Source: Burkholderiales bacterium
GTDB taxonomy: Bacteria; Pseudomonadota; Gammaproteobacteria; Burkholderiales; SG8-39
Direction: 5' to 3'
Length of the DNA: 64,000 nt
Assembly: GCA_035577785.1 (NCBI GenBank)
Contig: DATLUZ010000226.1
Location: 1,790-65,789 of the forward strand
The notes beneath the pieces are model-generated. The model was not told the origin of the DNA, ran no database searches, and saw nothing but the letters and a program-made list of their open reading frames with translations. Below, in pieces: positions 60,969 to 64,000 of the stretch. The position numbers and the translations under genes are program-made. The number at the start of each line of letters is the position of its first letter. Position 1 is the first letter of the stretch.

Positions 60969-62075
60969 GTGGTGCATCGCGGCAATTTTTGGCTGCCGCT
61001 CGTTTTCCTTTGCCTTGTCGCGTGCGAGAAGCCGCCGAATTCTACTAGCGGCGCCTCGGACCCACGCCGGCCGGGGGAAGTGAGGATCGCCGAAGTCTCG
61101 CGGCAGTTCCTGAAGATCGAGCCGGTCGGGGCGACGTCCGCCGAGGGCGTGCGCACGTATTTCGGCCGCACGGCGTTTCGTCCCAAGGCGCTCTCGGCGG
61201 TGACCGCGCCGTTCCCGGGGCGCGTCACCGAGGTCCTGGTCGAGCCGGGGCAGCATGTGCGCGCGGGCGCTCCGCTCTTCGCCCTGGAAAGCGCCGACGT
61301 GCTTCAGGCGCGCACAAACCTGGAGCAGGCACGGCTCAAGGCCCGCCATGCGCAGGAAATGCTCGCCCGCCAAAACGAGATGGCGAAGCGCGGCGTAGGA
61401 GTCGAGGTCGAGCGTTTCGAGGCCGAAATGAAGGCGCGCGAAGCCGATTCGGAGCTCAAGCGCGCGCAGGCCAGCGCCGCGCTCGCCGGCCCGGGGGAGG
61501 GCACGCGGGTCGAGGTGCGCTCTCCCACCGAGGGCATCGTGGTGACCGTCAAGGTGACGCGCGGCGCGACCGTGCCTTCCGGCGGCGAGCCGCTGGTCGA
61601 GATCGGCAACCTCGGCGGCCTGTGGGTGGTCGCCGACGTGCCGGAGAACGAAATCAACCTCGTCGCCAAGACGGCCAAGGCCGAGGTCGAGATCACTGCG
61701 CTCAACCTCAGCCTCTCGGGCCGCCTCGCCGGCGTCGCCCCGCGCAGCGACCCCGAGACGCGGCGCACGCCGTTCTACGTCGAGCTCGAGCGTGCGCCGG
61801 CCGACCTGCGCGCCGGGCTGCTGGTGCGGGTGTCGGTCTTCGCGCCCGGCCAGTCCGGCGAGATCTGGCTGCCGGTGACCGCGGTGCTGCTCAAGGAGGG
61901 GGGCAAGCGCGTCGTGTACGTCGAGTCCGAGCCGGGCAAATTCGTGCCGCGCGAGGTCCAGGTGACCGACGAGCGCGGCGGAAAGGTGCGGGTCCTCAAG
62001 GGCCTGCAGCCCGGCGAGCGGGCCGTCATGCAAGGAGCGCTGCTCGTCGACCGAGAGGCCGAGCAGCTGCTCTAG
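60969..62075 (+). CDS. RND efflux periplasmic adaptor (CzcB/CusB-like), lipoprotein
   Basis: Lipobox LCLVAC. Paralogous architecture to 56061-57188. Confidence 0.85.
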   Translation: MVHRGNFWLPLVFLCLVACEKPPNSTSGASDPRRPGEVRIAEVSRQFLKIEPVGATSAEGVRTYFGRTAFRPKALSAVTAPFPGRVTEVLVEPGQHVRAGAPLFALESADVLQARTNLEQARLKARHAQEMLARQNEMAKRGVGVEVERFEAEMKAREADSELKRAQASAALAGPGEGTRVEVRSPTEGIVVTVKVTRGATVPSGGEPLVEIGNLGGLWVVADVPENEINLVAKTAKAEVEITALNLSLSGRLAGVAPRSDPETRRTPFYVELERAPADLRAGLLVRVSVFAPGQSGEIWLPVTAVLLKEGGKRVVYVESEPGKFVPREVQVTDERGGKVRVLKGLQPGERAVMQGALLVDREAEQLL

Positions 62076-62078
62076 CGC

Positions 62079-64000
62079 ATGCTCAACCGGCTGATCGAAA
62101 TCTGCGTCCACCGCCGGGTGGCGGCGATCTTCGCGGTGCTGATCGCGGCCGCGTTCGGCGTCCACGCCTACCTCAACACCCCGATCGAGGCTTTCCCCGA
62201 CGTCACCAACGCGCAGGTCACGGTGATCGCGCAGATGCCGGGTTACGCCCCCGAGGAGATCGAGCGCAGCATCACCGTGCCGCTCGAGCGCGTGCTGAAC
62301 GGCACCCCGCGCATGATGCAGCTTCGCAGCGAGAGCCTGTTCGGCCTGTCGCTCGTCACGCTCACCTTCGACGACGACGCCGAGCCGTTCATCTCGCGCA
62401 TGCAGGTGGCGCAGCGCATGGCGCAGGCCGACCTGCCGGATGGCGTCACGCCGAAGCTCGCGCCCGAGGCCACGCCGCTCGGCGAGGTGTACCAGTTCCG
62501 CGTCACGAGCGACCGGCACGACCTCTATCAGACGCGTGCCGAGCTCGAGTGGACCATCACGCGCGTACTCAAGCAGGTGCCCGGCGTGGCCGACGTAGTG
62601 ACCTTCGGCGGTTACCTCAAGGAGGTCCACGTGCGCGCGTACCCGGACCGCCTGCGCGCGCACGGCATCACTCTGACCGAGGTCGGTGACGCGCTCGCCA
62701 AGACCAACATCAACGTGGGCGGGGGCTTCGTGCGCCACGGCGACCAGGAGCTCACCGTGCGCGGCATCGGCTACATCGCGTCGGTGGAAGACATCCGCCG
62801 CACGGTCCTCAAGGCGCGCGACGGCACCCCGGTGATGGTCGGCGACATCGCCGAGATCGTGCAGTCGAACACGCCGCGGCGCGGCGCCGTCGGCTGGAAC
62901 GAGCAGAAGGAGGCGGTCGAGGGCTTCGTCCTCATGCGCCGCAGCGAGAACCCCTCGCGCGTCTTGCAGGGCGTGCACGAGAAGATCGAGGAGCTCAACG
63001 CCAAGATCCTGCCGAAGGGGATGCAGATCGTGCCGTTCTACGACCGCACGCTCCTCGTGAGCAACACGCTTAGCACCGTCAACAGCAACCTGCTGCACGG
63101 GTTTCTCCTGGTGGTCGGCGTGGCGTGGCTCTTCTTCCGCAGCCTCACCGGCTCGCTCATCGTCGCCGCGGTGATCCCGCTCGCGCTGCTTGGCGCGTTC
63201 CTCGGGCTTTACGTGCTCGGCATGCCGGCGAATCTCATCTCGATGGGGGCGATCGACTTCGGCATCCTGGTCGACGGCGCGGTGGTGCTGGTGGAGAACG
63301 TGCTGCACTCGCTGCAGCACGAGCGGCCGCGGACGCGGCGCGAGGTGCTGCGCCTCGTGATCGCGTCGACCGAGGCGGTGGCGCGGCCCACGCTCTTCGC
63401 CATGCTCATCATCATCGCGGCGCTGGTGCCGGTGTTCACGCTGCAGCAGGTGGAGGGCCGCATCTTCCGCCCGCTCGCGCTGACCTACTCGTTCGCGCTG
63501 GTCGCCGCGCTGGTCCTGTCGCTCACCCTGGTTCCGGCGCTGTGCGCGCTCGGCTTCGTGCGCGGCCGGCCGAGCCGCGAGCCGCGCTGGATCGAGCAGG
63601 CGCGCGTGCGCTACCGCGACTGGGTCGGACGCCTGATCGGCGCGCGAGCACCGATGCTCGCCGTCGCCGCGGCCTTCCTCGCGGCGAGCGTGTATCTCGG
63701 CAGCAGGCTGGGGACGGAGTTCCTGCCGGAGCTCGACGAGGGCGACTTCGTGGTGTTCGTCGAGATGCCGCCGTCGATCGCGCTCGAGGCGGCGCAGACC
63801 ATGCTGATCGAGGTGCGCAAGCGCATCCTGACCTTCCCCGAGGTGGCGCAGGTGCTCTCCGAGAACGGGCGCCCGGAGGATGGCACCGACAACGAGAACC
63901 CGAACATGAGCGAGACCTTCGTGCGCCTGCGGCCGCGCGAGGAATGGCGCAAGGGCTACGGCAAGGACCGCCTGATCGACGAGATGCGCGAGTCGCTCGA
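62079..64000 (+). CDS. CusA/CzcA-family heavy-metal efflux RND transporter (5' partial, runs off the window)
   Basis: My translation from ATG 62079 reads MLNRLIEICVHRRVAAIFAVLIAAAFGVHAYLNTPIEAFPDVTNAQVTVIAQMPGYAPEEIE... The frame is open to position 64000. It is absent from the ORF track, presumably because it has no stop codon. Confidence 0.9.
   Translation, partial: MLNRLIEICVHRRVAAIFAVLIAAAFGVHAYLNTPIEAFPDVTNAQVTVIAQMPGYAPEEIERSITVPLERVLNGTPRMMQLRSESLFGLSLVTLTFDDDAEPFISRMQVAQRMAQADLPDGVTPKLAPEATPLGEVYQFRVTSDRHDLYQTRAELEWTITRVLKQVPGVADVVTFGGYLKEVHVRAYPDRLRAHGITLTEVGDALAKTNINVGGGFVRHGDQELTVRGIGYIASVEDIRRTVLKARDGTPVMVGDIAEIVQSNTPRRGAVGWNEQKEAVEGFVLMRRSENPSRVLQGVHEKIEELNAKILPKGMQIVPFYDRTLLVSNTLSTVNSNLLHGFLLVVGVAWLFFRSLTGSLIVAAVIPLALLGAFLGLYVLGMPANLISMGAIDFGILVDGAVVLVENVLHSLQHERPRTRREVLRLVIASTEAVARPTLFAMLIIIAALVPVFTLQQVEGRIFRPLALTYSFALVAALVLSLTLVPALCALGFVRGRPSREPRWIEQARVRYRDWVGRLIGARAPMLAVAAAFLAASVYLGSRLGTEFLPELDEGDFVVFVEMPPSIALEAAQTMLIEVRKRILTFPEVAQVLSENGRPEDGTDNENPNMSETFVRLRPREEWRKGYGKDRLIDEMRESL

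Noticed and set aside
60918-63320. An 800-aa minus-strand ORF antisense to the second RND adaptor and pump genes. Similar long antisense or alternate-frame ORFs occur elsewhere (e.g. 33268-35001, 57976-59706, 6309-7877, 41864-44146, 13896-15458).
   Set aside because: Their translations are Arg/Ala/Gly/Pro-rich low-complexity strings with no family motifs. They overlap genes with clear homology on the other strand or frame. This is the expected stop-codon-poor artefact of a high-GC genome.
1-64000. Search for CRISPR arrays, tRNA/rRNA genes, IS elements, integrases, phage genes, toxin-antitoxin pairs or known defence genes.
   Set aside because: I saw no spaced direct-repeat arrays, no cloverleaf-like sequences in the short intergenic regions, and no transposase, integrase, nuclease, helicase or defence-type domains in any translated ORF. 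This was a visual scan only; a tRNAscan, Infernal or defence-finder run would be more reliable.

Overview
High-GC, gene-dense chromosomal segment that looks like a Burkholderiales-type betaproteobacterium (lineage inferred from six Bug/TctC-family binding proteins; not verified). About 70 genes are tightly packed, and many stop/start pairs overlap (ATGA, GTGA, TTGA). The content is almost entirely uptake plus catabolism.

Main gene blocks:
- A NitT/TauT-type ABC transporter with three Gfo/Idh/MocA oxidoreductases.
- A roughly 15.6 kb run of 17 co-directional genes: hydrolases, a GST-zeta isomerase, an isochorismatase-like amidase, two complete Liv-type ABC transporters, an amidohydrolase_2, an FMN reductase and a TehA-like channel.
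- A hydroxyquinol-dioxygenase cluster with a lactate-permease gene next to it.
- A phthalate-type Rieske dioxygenase cluster with a MarR regulator.
- A CpxP/Spy-like protein with an OmpR-family regulator and a histidine kinase.
- Two adjacent heavy-metal RND efflux operons; the second runs off the window end.

I found no rRNA, tRNA, CRISPR array, transposase, integrase or phage gene, and no recognisable defence system. I do not see a clear-cut novel multi-gene system.

Items most worth follow-up:
1. A ~46-bp sequence duplicated on both sides of the cpxP-RR-HK cassette. The second copy lies directly in front of an unlisted 47-51-aa membrane ORF.
2. A YcgR-like PilZ gene as the last gene of the phthalate-type operon.
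3. A perfect 20-bp palindrome covering the start codon of the Rieske oxygenase gene, divergent from the operon that carries the MarR gene.
4. A 119-bp MITE/REP-like element with perfect 24-bp inverted arms inserted inside a liv-type operon, plus a solo arm elsewhere.
5. Genes whose homology-supported N-termini begin at CTG codons beside or overlapping the upstream stop, and one permease with no usable start codon.
6. A 22-bp divergent intergenic region with overlapping -10 boxes that predicts two leaderless mRNAs.
7. A ~2 kb lower-GC islet encoding a CGNR zinc-finger regulator and three small proteins of unknown function.

All family assignments come from reading motifs in the supplied translations. 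No database search was run.
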